Source: Tubulanus polymorphus
Taxonomy: Eukaryota; Animalia; Nemertea
Length of the DNA: 49,000 nt
NCBI RefSeq assembly: GCF_964204645.1
Contig: NW_027437484.1
Span: 1-49,000, forward strand
Reading direction: 5' to 3'
The position numbers and the translations under genes are program-made. The notes under the pieces were generated by a model. It was not told where the DNA came from and did not search any database. It worked only from the letters and a program-made list of their open reading frames with translations. Shown here piece by piece: positions 11,305 through 23,446 of this stretch (the first letter of the stretch is position 1; every line of letters begins with the position of its first letter).

Positions 11305-11681
11305 TTATTCACTATCGGAACCAGTGGCTCCATCTTTCTTCTGTTCCTGATCTGAACCGCTCTGAGCTGCCGGTGATGCTGATCTCGACCTCGATGGTGA
11401 CCTAGATCGGGATTTCGACCTTGAACGAGACCGAGATTTCGACCTTGAACGAGACCGAGATTTTGACCTTGAACGAGAGCGGGATTTCGACCTTGAACGA
11501 GAGCGAGATTTCGACCTTGAATGGGATCTCGATTTTGACCTGGACTTCGACCGTGATTTTGACATCGACCTTGAACGGGACTTCGATCTTGATTTCGACC
11601 TTGACTTTGAGCGAGATCTATAAATAAAAAATCAATAGAATATGATTGTAACATACAGACGAAGACCTGACAATCAATCAG

Positions 11682-11714
<33 letters not shown>

Positions 11715-14700
11715 CAGAAATAGATCGAATACAATCAACAAACCCGGATGCTGAACGTGACCTTGACTTCGATCGACTACGTGACCTTGACCTCGACTTA
11801 CGACCTTCGTCACTTTCACTGGCAGACGATAGAATACGACGTCTTTTTCCGGGAGCGCCATCTTCAGTTTCACTAACAACACTACGATGAGAATAATTAC
11901 ACAACGCGATAATAGTCTCTGTACATTTCCCCCTCCCTCTATTCTCTTGACCCCCTACTCCCCCTCCCTCCTCTCTACTCCCTCCCTCTCTCTCTTCAGT
12001 CTCATCCCCTCATATAACTTACCCCTCATTATCGTTATCTATTTTTAATTTTTCAGTTTCCGAGTCGCTTCCTTCACTCGATGAAATGATCGCCTTGGAT
12101 ACAACTTTACGTCTCTGTTTAGCCGTTAATCCGTCGTCGCCGGTTACCGATTCTTTCTTTCTCTTCGATTGTTTCGTTTTCCTTTGTTTACGTTCTCCAC
12201 GTTTACCTTCACCTTCCCTATAAATATAATAATCACCCTATGACATCATCAAAATATCTATGGTTACTCAGTTACCTTAATGATGTCATAGTGATACACA
12301 CACAGTGATGATGTCATAGTGATATACACGCACAGTGATGATGTCATAGTGATATACACGCACAGTGATGATGTCATAGTGATATACACGCACAGTGATG
12401 ATGTCATAGTGATATACACGCACAGTGATGATGTCATAGTGATATACACGCACAGTGATGATGTCATAGTGATATACACGCACAGTGATGATGTCATAGT
12501 GATATACACGCACAGTGATGATGTCATAGTGATATACACGCACAGTGATGATGTCATAGTGATATACACGCACAGTGATGATGTCATAGTGATATACACG
12601 CACAGTGATGATGTCATAGTGATATACACGCACAGTGATGATGTCATAGTGATATACACGCACAGTGATGATGTCATAGTGATATACACGTACCGTCTGG
12701 AGCGTTTACGAGTAGTAACTGGATTTCCGTCCTCGTCTAACTCTGGTTCCGAGTCACTACCGGCGCCCCCTCGTTTATTACGTTTTTTACGACGCGGAGC
12801 CTCGTTATCGCTGTCATCATCTATTATATCATCTTCATCTCTCTTAGAACGCTATAAATACAACAATACAACACCGTGTTTACAGTACGGGTATCCATGG
12901 ATACAACGGACATAAGCTCCCCGGATATATTGTTACCTTTCCTCCGCCGGACTTTCTCGGTCGCTCCTCTTTTTCCTCAACGATCATTAGATTTTTAGTT
13001 TTCTCGATGAATTTCGCTCGTTGTTCCAATAAATGTTTTTCTTGTTCGTCTTTTTGACGTTTTTTCTCCATCTAAAAAAAAATAACACGTTAGATAGTGC
13101 GTTACACAGACACCAGGTGGCTCTGTATTTGTATTGAGGTGTTAGTGCGTCGCGCGGACACCAGGTGGCTCTGTTTTGAGGTTTTAGTGCGTCGCACAGA
13201 CACCAGGTGGCTCTGTATTGAGGTGTTAGTGCGTCGTGCAGACACCAGGTGGCTCTGTTTACCAGTTTTTCCATGGCTTGTTGTTTTATAGCTTGTCTTT
13301 CTTCTTCTTGTCGTTTTCTCGCTGCTTTCTCTTCCTCATCTATTTTTCTCGCTCGCGCTACGTGGTACTGAGCTTGACTCAATAAATCTGAACATTGCCT
13401 ACAAATAAACTATTCATTTACTCTGTACTCAATATAGATGGCGCCACTATTCCCTCACATACACGTTGTTTGCCCTGATTCGATCGGCCAATCAATTGAC
13501 TAGGTCAAATACGTAAGACATAGATGGAAGCTGTTAGATTTTAGACTAAGTCCAACAATCTCAATATATTTCCTCGACCTTATTAAACTTTAAAATTTTC
13601 TTTGAAAGAAAATTCCCCGATTTCCAGGCCACTCTGAACCAGGTTAGTTTGGAACCAGGTCAAATGGAAATAAGGTCCAATACCAGGTCAACTCTGAACC
13701 AGGTCAACTCTGAACCAGGTCAACTCTGAACCAGGTCAACTCTGAACCAGGTCAACTCTGAACCAGGTCGACTCTGAACCAGGTCGACTTAAATTTATAA
13801 ATAAAATGTTGTATTTACCTGGATTCCGTTAAAGCTTGATTTAAATCAAACTTCATTCGATCTCCAAACTGACTCAAATACGTGAAATATCTGAAAATTA
13901 CAACCAAAAATCTCAATCATCGGAAATCTCAATCACTTGAAATATCAATCACTTGAAATAGATTTTCTGAGAATTTACCTTTGAGCGAGTTCTAAATCTT
14001 TCACAGCTGATAAAACAGTTTTCAAATTACTTTTCTCATCTTTAAGAATCGATGTTGCTAATTTCTGTTGAACTAAAGCTATGTTATACAGTATAACTGT
14101 ATCAGATGGGTTCACGTGTCGAGTCTGTAATAAACCATATCAAATATCTACTTACAGTTTATCCAGCAGTATGGAAAGGGGGGACATGGGGAGAGAGGGT
14201 ACAGGGAGAGGGGTACAGGGAGGAGAGGGGGTTAGAGTAAGGAGAGGGGGTTAGAGTAAGGAGAGGGGGTACAGGGAGAGGGGGTTAGAGTAAGGAGAGG
14301 GGGTTAGAGTAAGGAGAGGGGGTTAGAGGGGAGGTACAGGGAGGAGAGGGGGTTAGAGGGGAGGTACAGGGAGGATAGAGATAGGGGGTACAGGGAGGAG
14401 AGGGGGTTAGATGGAGAGGGGTTAGAGATAGGGGGTACAGGGAGGAGGGGGTTAGAGGGAGGAGAGGGGGAACATGCAGGAGAGGAGGGTTATAGGGAGG
14501 AGAGGGGGGTACAGGGAGGAGGTTAGAGGGAGGAGAGGGGGTTAGAGGAAGGAGAGGGGGTTAGAGGGAGGAGAATGGGGTTAGAGATAGGGGGTTAGAG
14601 GGATGGGGGTTAGAGGGAGAGGGGTACAGGGAGGAGAGGGGGGTTAGAGGAAGGAGAGGGGGTTAGAGGGAGGAGAATGGGGTTAGAGATAGGGGGTTAG

Positions 14701-15319
14701 AGGGAGGGTACAGGGAGGAGGAGGGGGGTTAGAGGAAGGAGGGGGGTTTTGTCTCACTAACCTTCAGTAGTGTTTGTTTACATTCTCGTAATTTCCCAGC
14801 TTTATAATAAGCTCTTGCTAGATACATCATCACATCGGTGTTTGTGTGTTTGAAAAACTTCTTCAAACAATTCTCATACTGAAAACATACAGACAATAAC
14901 TACTAACACCCCCTAGTGATTGTACTGCCAACTATCATATACTATATAGCAATCACGGATCCCCCTGGTGAGTGTTCAGTGAACTAAACGTACCATTTGA
15001 ACTGCCGCGACGTATTGTTTCTGTTCAACGTAAATATGAGCGATATTCAACCAAACATCGGGGAATTCAGCTGTCGCTTCACGAACTTGAGCAAATACAT
15101 CTCTCGCTTCATTTATACATCCTTTATGAGCCAATATACAACCTACAATATACAACATACAACCTACAATATACAACATACCATATACAACACACCATAT
15201 ACAACATACAACCTACAATATACAACATACAATAAACAACACACCATATACAACACACAATAAACAAGACAGACAAACAGACACAGAGATGTAGACAGGC
15301 AGAGACATAGACAGGCAGA

Positions 15320-15396
<77 letters not shown>

Positions 15397-15421
15397 GCCA
15401 GACAGACAGACAAACAGACAT

Positions 15422-15452
<31 letters not shown>

Positions 15453-15467
15453 GCCAGCCAGCCAGCC

Positions 15468-15500
<33 letters not shown>

Positions 15501-18500
15501 GTAATCGATGTGTACATACCTATACCATTAGCTGCCCAGATATTCTGACTGTCGTTTCTGAGGACGTGTTTATAATGACCTAAAGCGCGATCCTGATGTC
15601 TCTTCTCCTACAAATATATAATCATCATCACCAATAAATACCCAGCGCTCATACTCAAAACTAGAAACGTACTATATACCTTCTCCTTATCTCTCATTGG
15701 CTGATGTAGAGTTTGTAACCACACGTTACCGAGAGCTATCATAGAATACGGGTCGTCCTTGGTAACGGGATTCTGTAGAATTCGATCGAATTTCTTCTGA
15801 CCCGGACCCCATTCCTGTTTAGCTAGATGTAGATTACCGATGAGAGACCAAGCGTCCGGGTGATCCTGGTTTATACCGAGGGCTTCTTTAAACCATTCAG
15901 ACGCTTCGTAAATCTGTCCTTTATCGCGAGCCACGCAACCCAGCCGCAGATAACCTGTCAATAATCAATTACCATAGTTACAACCAACAATCAAACACAC
16001 GGCTTAATACAGATCAGTTGATATTCATCTTTTCCCACGAAGTTCCACAGTTATAGATTAGGTTTAAAACCACCTCAGTTTTAGAACCAAACAACTTAAG
16101 ACAAGCCTAAAAATTTAATACAAGTTTTTGAATTAAAGTTATGACTGATCCGGATTAGGCAGAGGTAGTATAGAATAATGCCTGTAGATGGCAGCAGCTT
16201 ACAGTCGACGTAATTCGGATGTTCTCGAAGGATGTTTTTATATAAAGTTTCCGCTTTCTCGAATTCGTTTAAACTCTCGTTGAGTCGTGCGAGATTGTAG
16301 GTCGTCGATACTGATATAGCGTTATAGTACGTTTCATCGTGAAGAGCCTCGGATTTCGATCTCTCCAAAGACTGTTCATAATTCTCCTGAAATTCACATA
16401 AATATCTCTTTCAAACAAACAGCGACAATAAACTAAATATTCTAAACTGTGTGGAAATAAGTTCAGAACTGTGGAACTGGGTCCAGAACTGTGGAAGTGG
16501 ATTCAGAACTGTGGAACTGGGTCCAGAACTGTGGAAGTGGATTCAGAACTGTGGAACTGGGTCCAGAACTGTGGAACTGGGTCCAGAACTGTGGAAGTGG
16601 ATCCAGAACTGTGGAAGTGGATCCAGAACTGTGGAAGTGGATCCAGAACTGTGGAACTGGGTCTAGAACTGTGGAAGTGGATCCAGAACTGTGGAAGTGG
16701 ATCCAGAACTGTGGAAGTGGATCCAGAACTGTGGAAGTGGATCCTGAACTGTGAAAGTGTAATAATGAATACCTTAGCTTTCTCTAAGTTTCCCAGTCTG
16801 AACTGTAATGCTGCTATATTATTGAGTATTTCTGGTGGGATATCCGCTTGTACTTTCTCCGTTAATATATTCGTAGCTGTATTATACGCAGCTAACGCCC
16901 CCTGGATGTCCGATTGTTCGAGAATCTGAGCCAATTCGATCCAAGCTTCGACGTCGTCCGGAAACTGTTCCGTGACCTTCCGTAAATGTTGCTGAATAAC
17001 GAGAGAAAATTATTATTGAGAATTCGGTTGACTGCGGCGAGTGAGGATCCACCAGGTGGCGATATTAATTTACCTTTGCGGTATCTCGTTTAGTTTGATC
17101 TTTAGAATTTGAATACAACGAACCCAATATTTTCATCGTTTCGTAATTTCCTGCTTGAGCTTTTAAAACTTTCTCAAACGCGACGGCAGCCTGTGAATAA
17201 AACAATCAGAGACACCTAGTGGAGGAGTTAGGTACTTCACAATCAGAGACACCTAGTGGAGGAGTTAGGTACTTCACAGAGACACCTAGTGGAGGAGCTA
17301 GGTACTTCACATTGAGACAGCAGTTAACAATATCGAGGGTCTCAAAACCTTGAGTAAAAATTTTGTAAGATTTGTCATTAGGTATCATACAATCAGACAG
17401 AGACACCTTTTGGAGGAATTAAGAACTTAACAATCAGAGACATCTAGTGGACACGTCAAGAGATACTTCAGTCAGCCTCAGTCATCTAAATCGTATTGAT
17501 CAATCTATAACTGGGACTAATAGTTTTAGTCCTGGTTTAAGTGGAACACTGAGGTTTACTGTCGGTATCGGGTTCAATAAATACTCACGTTTTCAGTATC
17601 GCCACGGTAAATATACATCTGTCCGAGTCCGAAAAACGGTAGAACGAACGTCGGAGATGAAAACTGTGTTGATTGATAATAATATTGAAACGCTTGGTCG
17701 TAATCACCCTGAACATGAAACGCTCGTGCTAACTGATAACAACTTTCAGCTCTCATCGATTCATTCTCCGTGTTGTGAAACGCGTGTAGTGCTAAATGTT
17801 GCACTTTCTGATAGTCCTACAAATAGTGAATCAAAACAAATACATCAAAATACGATCAATTATCTACAGACCTGATTATCTTTCATTGTAGAAGTTTGCA
17901 ACGAAATAGAGAATAATTTGATGTAAAGAAAAATATTATTTTGATAAAACATGAACTGGAAATGATCCTGAATTTTGTATTTTTGAGAGAGAAGTCGAGA
18001 TCTGAAAAGAGTAGAAACTACTCTTCAAATAGTAGCCGTAGTCAGATATGAATTCATCTTTATTTCCGAGATCAGTTTTTAAGAAAGTTAGTTAGAGCTA
18101 AAAATAGTTAAAAACACATAAGATTTTTAACCAACACAAATATTTTACCTTTTTATAGAAGAAATGATTTGCTAAATGATTAAGAACCATCGGATTAGTA
18201 GAATCAATAGTGTAAGCTCGTGATAATAGTTGAACGCCGTTCTTAATGGAATCTTGAGTTTTCTGATTCAGTTCTAGAATCGCCAGACCGACCAGTCCTC
18301 CAACACAATTACAATCTAATTCTAAAGCTCTCTCAAACGCCAACCTACAACAAAATATACCAAAATACTTGTTTGTTAGTTTTAGAATTGGAAACCCAAA
18401 GAACCTGCACACAAAGAACCAAAGTTCCACAGTTAGCAGTTCTGGACTCAGTTCCACAGTTTTTCAGTTCTGGACTCAGTTCCACATTTTGCCAGTTCTG

Positions 18501-20443
18501 GACTCAGTTCCACAGTTTGCCAGTTCTGGACTCAGTTCCACAATTTGCCAGTTCTGGACTCAGTTCCACAGTTTTTCAGTTCTGGACTCAGTTCTACTTT
18601 CTAGTTTAATCTAGTTCAAATTAGTTCATATCTAATGTTTTAACTGTCTAAATGTGAAAACTAAAACAAGTCAAATCTGAACCAAGAGAGAATTGTGGAA
18701 CTGGTTTCTGGAGAGTAAGAGATTTCACGCGTTATTCTATATTGAAATGATTCTGAAGTTCAGGGTCCAGTTGCTCAAAAGTTGGCTAGAGTTAATCAGT
18801 GGATAGTTGACATAGTGACAATTGAAATTTCATTGTTACTATGGTATTTATCCACCGGTTATTGAGCAACTGGCCCCTGAGTTCAGAGGGTATAATTTCA
18901 CTCACCTGGCTTTTTCTAATTTGGCTAGTTTTACGAAACAATGGCCCATACCGAGTCTAACTGACGCGGGACAGTTCACGTTAGTGCGAAGAGCTTTCTT
19001 ATAAAACGCCAGAGCACCGCGATAATCCTTCTTATTAAACGCAATACACGCTTTACCTAGCAACGACGGGATATTGTTACTACCCTAGAAACAACAACAG
19101 ATTAAACAAATTAATCCAAATACAATTTATTATCATTATTATTACTACTACCATATTCAGATGCTCTGTACAAAGTAAAAAGCCCTAATTGACCAAATGT
19201 AAGTCATTATTTGGATAAGTCGTCACATTACTGAAGTCATCTCAATTGTTGAATCTCAATTTTTTATTTCTAATTCTTTTTACTAAGTGTAAGTCATCAT
19301 TTGAATAAGTCGTCACAATACTGAAGTCATCTCTATTTTTGAGTCTCAATTTTTTATTTCTAATTCTTTTTACTAAGTGTAAGTCATCATTTGAATAAGT
19401 CGTCACTGATCGTCAAAACTACAACCAGACTTAAACGCACATATCGTTGAAGGATCTATAACAACAAACCCTCCCTCCCCCTGAATGAACATTAAACTCA
19501 CCTGATTTAATACAAAGTTAAACTGCGCGTCGGCCTGGTCCATTTTATCGCTCTCCACTAAACAAAAGTACGCTCGACCCAATAAATGATTCTGATCGTA
19601 CATTATGATTTTATCAGCGGTCGTATATAGCAACGTCGCTTTGTTGAATAAATCACGTTTTGATTCTTTGTTTTTTTCTCGATGTCCCATCTGAACGTAG
19701 TAAGCCGCCAGTGTATCCAGCGCCCTCATTTGGTCGCGCTCGAAGTTAGCGTAATTTAAATTCGCGTCCGTTCGCGAAGCTTCCAATATCTTCACGAAGT
19801 CGTCTGTCTGACCTTGTTTGAAATATTCAATCTGAAAACGAGAGAGAGAGGTATACATCGATCACTCACCGATACAGTACAGTGGCTCCCCCTCCTTTAA
19901 GATCGTAACTTACCCCTAGTGTTACCCAGATATGCAGTGGCGCCATCTCTTGTTTCAATATACTGAGCACTTCTTCTCCGTCCGGTAACTGATCTAAATC
20001 CAGCTCTATCACCTACAATATATACATAGATCTACAGGCTTCACAGGGACTGGAGTGATACCAGCAGCAGCGCAGCCTCCTCCTCGCTCGGGGGTAGACT
20101 TCATCACAGCTAGGCTGCTGGGGAGCCCTCGGCCCTCTGCACCTGAGGAAGTGGCTTAAACTGCAGTTAGACCCCCTGCTGATCTTCACAACCAACAATA
20201 AACAGAAAGAATCGATTCGATCGGATTGAATTGAATTTGAATGGATGGATGATGGATGATATGTTGACATGTCATCTGTCGGATCTGACGACACAAATAA
20301 CTCATAACTGCCCCACTCACTGGTGGCCTCTGCTTGTGTCCATCTATAACTTCCTATAGAACTAACAGACTTACCTCATCAGTATCTCTGAGAGGAATCT
20401 CAATAGATCCAACAGCCGTGCTGCTTCCACTAGACGCCGCCAT
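11305..20443 (-). CDS. CTR9: RNA polymerase-associated protein CTR9 (PAF1 complex), multi-exon
   Basis: Exon 1 (20443-20375) [23 protein letters not shown] and exon 2 (20012-19914) [22 protein letters not shown] match the CTR9 N-terminus. Later exons include [48 protein letters not shown] and [17 protein letters not shown]. The Ser/Arg-rich tail ends GSDSE*. The introns I checked are GT-AG. Confidence 0.97.
12285..12690. repeat. 30-bp intronic minisatellite (CACAGTGATGATGTCATAGTGATATACACG), ~13 near-identical copies
   Basis: Near-perfect tandem array filling a CTR9 intron up to the donor site. Confidence 0.96.
13095..13260. repeat. ~40-50-bp intronic tandem repeat containing CACCAGGTGGC
   Basis: Four copies of GACACCAGGTGGCTCTGT. 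Confidence 0.85.
13630..13790. repeat. 16-bp minisatellite (GAACCAGGTCAACTCT)
   Basis: Direct tandem units. Confidence 0.88.
14177..14748. repeat. G-rich low-complexity repeat (GGGGTTAGAGGGAGGAGA-like)
   Basis: Degenerate G-rich units in a CTR9 intron. Confidence 0.85.
15135..15500. repeat. (ACAAT)-like and (AGAC)n simple repeats
   Basis: Direct reading. Confidence 0.9.
16446..16753. repeat. 20-bp minisatellite (CAGAACTGTGGAAGTGGATC)
   Basis: 20-nt periodicity; shares the GTTCCACAGTT core on the opposite strand. Confidence 0.93.
18422..18598. repeat. 28-bp minisatellite (CAGTTCTGGACTCAGTTCCACAGTTTGC)
   Basis: 28-nt periodicity; same core motif. Confidence 0.9.
18761..18879. mobile_element. 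MITE with 18-bp near-perfect terminal inverted repeats and internal palindrome
   Basis: Ends CAGGGTCCAGTTGCTCAA and TTGAGCAACTGGCCCCTG; internal GTGGATA...CATAGTGACAAT / ATTGTTACTATG...TATCCAC is also self-complementary. Confidence 0.78.
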
Positions 20444-21804
20444 TATCAATCTAGCTATCAATATATTCAACCGGTGTTAAATTGAATTTAATTGGCATAA
20501 AAAGCGGTTGTGGACTATAGTCGAGGGCTCGAATAAAATCCGGTCGTGGACCGAGAGTCAGTGGGTGATATAAAAATCCGGTCGTGGATCTAGAGTCAGC
20601 GGGCGATATAAAAATCGGGTCGTGGAATACGCGGCGGCAGTTTGAGCCCTGCGTCGTTCGGGCGCTCACTGACTTCTGAACCCTTTTTCACTTGGGTTCC
20701 AATGATTCTGAGCTCACTGTAGTAGCACCCGACTGGATCCAGTGATCAGCGCCCTCACCTCTGGATGTGGAAGCGGTTGTTGCATAATATCGCGGCTCAT
20801 TGCATTCAAACGCCAAAGACTAAATACTGTGCCGGGATTTTAATAAAATTTCACTATTTCAGGCCCAAGTTTTATCTTACAACAAAAATCCAAAGAAAGC
20901 TTATAACTAAACAAGAGGCGCACTTAGAAACCGGATGAGATCTGCGCTCAGCGAGGATCGCCTGCAATCTTACGACCCGTGGCCGCAGTGACGTATCGGA
21001 CACAGTGGATTTAGCCTGAATTAATACCCAAACAAACTACCCCATAATTGTACTATATCTGCTCATAATCAAGTGTGGTTAATTGCACCCAGTTCCCGTT
21101 GAGACTTGACTCGAGTCAAACTCATTGTAAATAATCGAAATTCTCTTACGAGGACCGCGAGATCAAATAGGAAGCCCATCGACCCGACCCACCCACCGCG
21201 GGCACTGGCTCTCCAGAGACTGCCTAGTCAGTTTAATCACTGATTTGACCGATATTTTTAGGTCAAGGTGATTAAATTGAAATAGATCTAATATTTGTAC
21301 GGTGTAGTATAAGTAAATATAAATTTCGCTGATATCGCGATCGACACACTAGCAGCAGGTGACTGAGAGATATAGGTGCTGTATGTACGGCGTGTGTTAG
21401 GCGACAGATTGTAATAAACTAATTGATCAGCAGTCAGGATATAATACACAATCAACAGGTAACGTTTTATACCCCGGGGACCCACGCCCTACCGACCTCC
21501 TCATCGACAGGTCAGTCGATTTAACTTATCGGGGACTGAATCTGACTAACAGCAAGAGGCCCTGACCAAATCGCGATGGGCGGTTCAGATGACGACACGG
21601 TTCTAGGCTTATTGTTAAATAACCGATCGTGAAAGCTTAGCTTTAGCCCGAGTCAGACTATAGCCACAAGACCGGGACTACTGTACAGCGACTAGGCCGG
21701 ACTACTGTAACATGGTCCAATACGGTTGTTGAAAGGAGCATAGACCACGGTGACCTGACAGATTGCTTGACCTTGGAGTATCTTAAATGATCCTCTCATG
21801 TTAC

Positions 21805-22238
21805 AATCACTGTCAGGGTTCTGGGGTTTAGAATCACTGTCAGGGTTCTGGGGGTTAAAATCACTGTCAGGGTTCTGGGGGTTAGAATCACTGTCAGGGT
21901 TCTGGGGTTTAGAATCACTGTCAGGGTTCTGGGGGTTAGAATCACTGTCAGGGTTCTGGGCGTTAGAATCACTGTCAGGGTTCTGGGCGTTAGAATCACT
22001 GTCAGGGTTCTGGGCGTTAGAATCACTGTCAGGGTTCTGGGGGTTAGAATCACTGTCAGGGTTCTGGGCGTTAGAATCACTGTCAGGGTTCTGGGCGTTA
22101 GAATCACTGTCAGGGTTCTGGGGGTTAGAATCACTGTCAGGGTTCTGGGGGTTAGAATCACTGTCAGGGTTCTGGGGTTTAGAATCACTGTCAGGGTTCT
22201 GGGGGTTAGAATCACTGTCAGGGTTCTGGGGGTTAGAA
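21805..22238. repeat. 27-bp minisatellite (AGAATCACTGTCAGGGTTCTGGGGGTT), ~16 copies
   Basis: Direct tandem units; 9-aa periodicity in the spurious ORFs. Confidence 0.96.
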
Positions 22239-22288
22239 CAATTCATTCACTGTTAAACTCCAGTCTGTTTACTGTTTACAGGGTTTAG

Positions 22289-23095
22289 ATGTCTGCCGGT
22301 AGTAGTGGCTCTGGACCAGTCGTGACGTCATCGCGGGAGACCCTGGACCGCGATAGCAGGTCACGTGATAGGATGGTCGACGAGAATGGTCATCGTAACG
22401 CTGTATACTACCTGCAACAACCGCCGCGCTCACGTGACACGCTGCCGTCGACCGCGTCGACCAACAGCGGTGGCGCGCCGGCGGGAAATAAAGGTCGAGG
22501 TCGCGTCAATTTACAGCACGTGCCATGGCAACCGGATCCCAATTCAGCGGAAGTAGTCGGTGGCGGGAACGTCCATATAAAATTGCAGGAGAATTTGTTA
22601 CTGAGAGCTTCAATAATACTTGTAGTATTCAGTTCGTTGTTACTGTTAAGCGGGATTTTAGAGGCGAGTTTAGGTGTTATTCAGCCTTACTACAGCGATA
22701 TATGGTGTTCTATATTCATATTAATAACCGGCGTTTTATCGATTTTAACGGCCACGACCAGCAGACGAATTCTGGCTCTGATAACTCTAATTCTATGCGG
22801 TGTTTGTATGGTTTTAAGTCTGATCGGTTTAGCCCTGACCGGTTACGTGTTTTACTGGTATGACGTACTGAAAACGTTTTGCGTTGATTCGCGTCGAGAT
22901 GAGCGTTACTTCCGTCTGACTGACGCCGAGAAACATCTTCTCATTCAACAATGTACCGTTGAACGTCCCGTCCCTATTATAGCGTTTGTAGCATTCTACA
23001 TTGTTGACGTCGTTGCTATGTTTGTTTGTCTGTTGATTTTAGTAGTCATTATGTTTATTCTGATTAAAGCTTTCCGCGGTAAACAGTCCAGCTAA
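22289..23095 (+). CDS. Four-transmembrane protein, MS4A/CD20-like (268 aa, single coding exon)
   Basis: Acceptor TTTACAG just before the ATG. Polar N-terminus, four hydrophobic segments, YxxIW motif before TM2, Cys pair in the second loop. Alignable by eye with 25917-26612. Confidence 0.78.
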   Translation: MSAGSSGSGPVVTSSRETLDRDSRSRDRMVDENGHRNAVYYLQQPPRSRDTLPSTASTNSGGAPAGNKGRGRVNLQHVPWQPDPNSAEVVGGGNVHIKLQENLLLRASIILVVFSSLLLLSGILEASLGVIQPYYSDIWCSIFILITGVLSILTATTSRRILALITLILCGVCMVLSLIGLALTGYVFYWYDVLKTFCVDSRRDERYFRLTDAEKHLLIQQCTVERPVPIIAFVAFYIVDVVAMFVCLLILVVIMFILIKAFRGKQSS

Positions 23096-23318
23096 ACGCC
23101 CGTGGCTCCCTCTGGTAGAGAAGCCAGAGACCAGGGGGTCAGTACCACTAAACCGCGAGATCCCAGAAGTCCGATATATCCATCCCGTTTTTCTGTTCAG
23201 AATGTCCATGCCCGGTTGTTACTGAGTATAGAATCACCACACTGTTGACTGGTCACCAGTCACCACAATGAGTCACCACACTGAACGGACAAACTAACAA
23301 GCTCCGTCCAGTAACTAT

Positions 23319-23446
23319 TGGTCTATGGTCTAGTGGTTAGCAAGTTCGGCTGGTACGTTGGAGGTCAGAAGTTCGAGTCCTGCTAGGGTTAGGGTTAGGG
23401 CCCACCTAGGGTTAGGATTACTCCGCAGCTAGGGTTAGGGTTAGGG
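23319..23446 (+). mobile_element. Degenerate tRNA-derived SINE-like head followed by (TTAGGG)n
   Basis: A box TGGTCTAGTGG at 23326 and B box GTTCGAGTCC at 23371 (tRNA-like 45-nt offset); stems are broken; followed by TTAGGG repeats. Confidence 0.55.

Noticed and set aside
12285-12690. Array of GTGATGA box C motifs suggesting snoRNAs
   Set aside because: The motif is antisense to the host gene CTR9, no box D is present, and it is a pure 30-bp tandem repeat.
20040-20195. GC-rich segment in CTR9 intron 1 as a snoRNA or hammerhead
   Set aside because: It has TGTGATGA on the host strand but no downstream CTGA. The plus-strand CTGAGGA is followed by TAAA rather than GAAA. Structure is not supportable by eye.
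21692-22256. NPQNPDSDS-repeat ORF resembling a surface antigen
   Set aside because: Translation of a 27-bp minisatellite that is open in several frames; no signal peptide or splice support.
23319-23390. Functional tRNA gene
   Set aside because: Acceptor, anticodon and T stems do not pair properly; treated as SINE-like.
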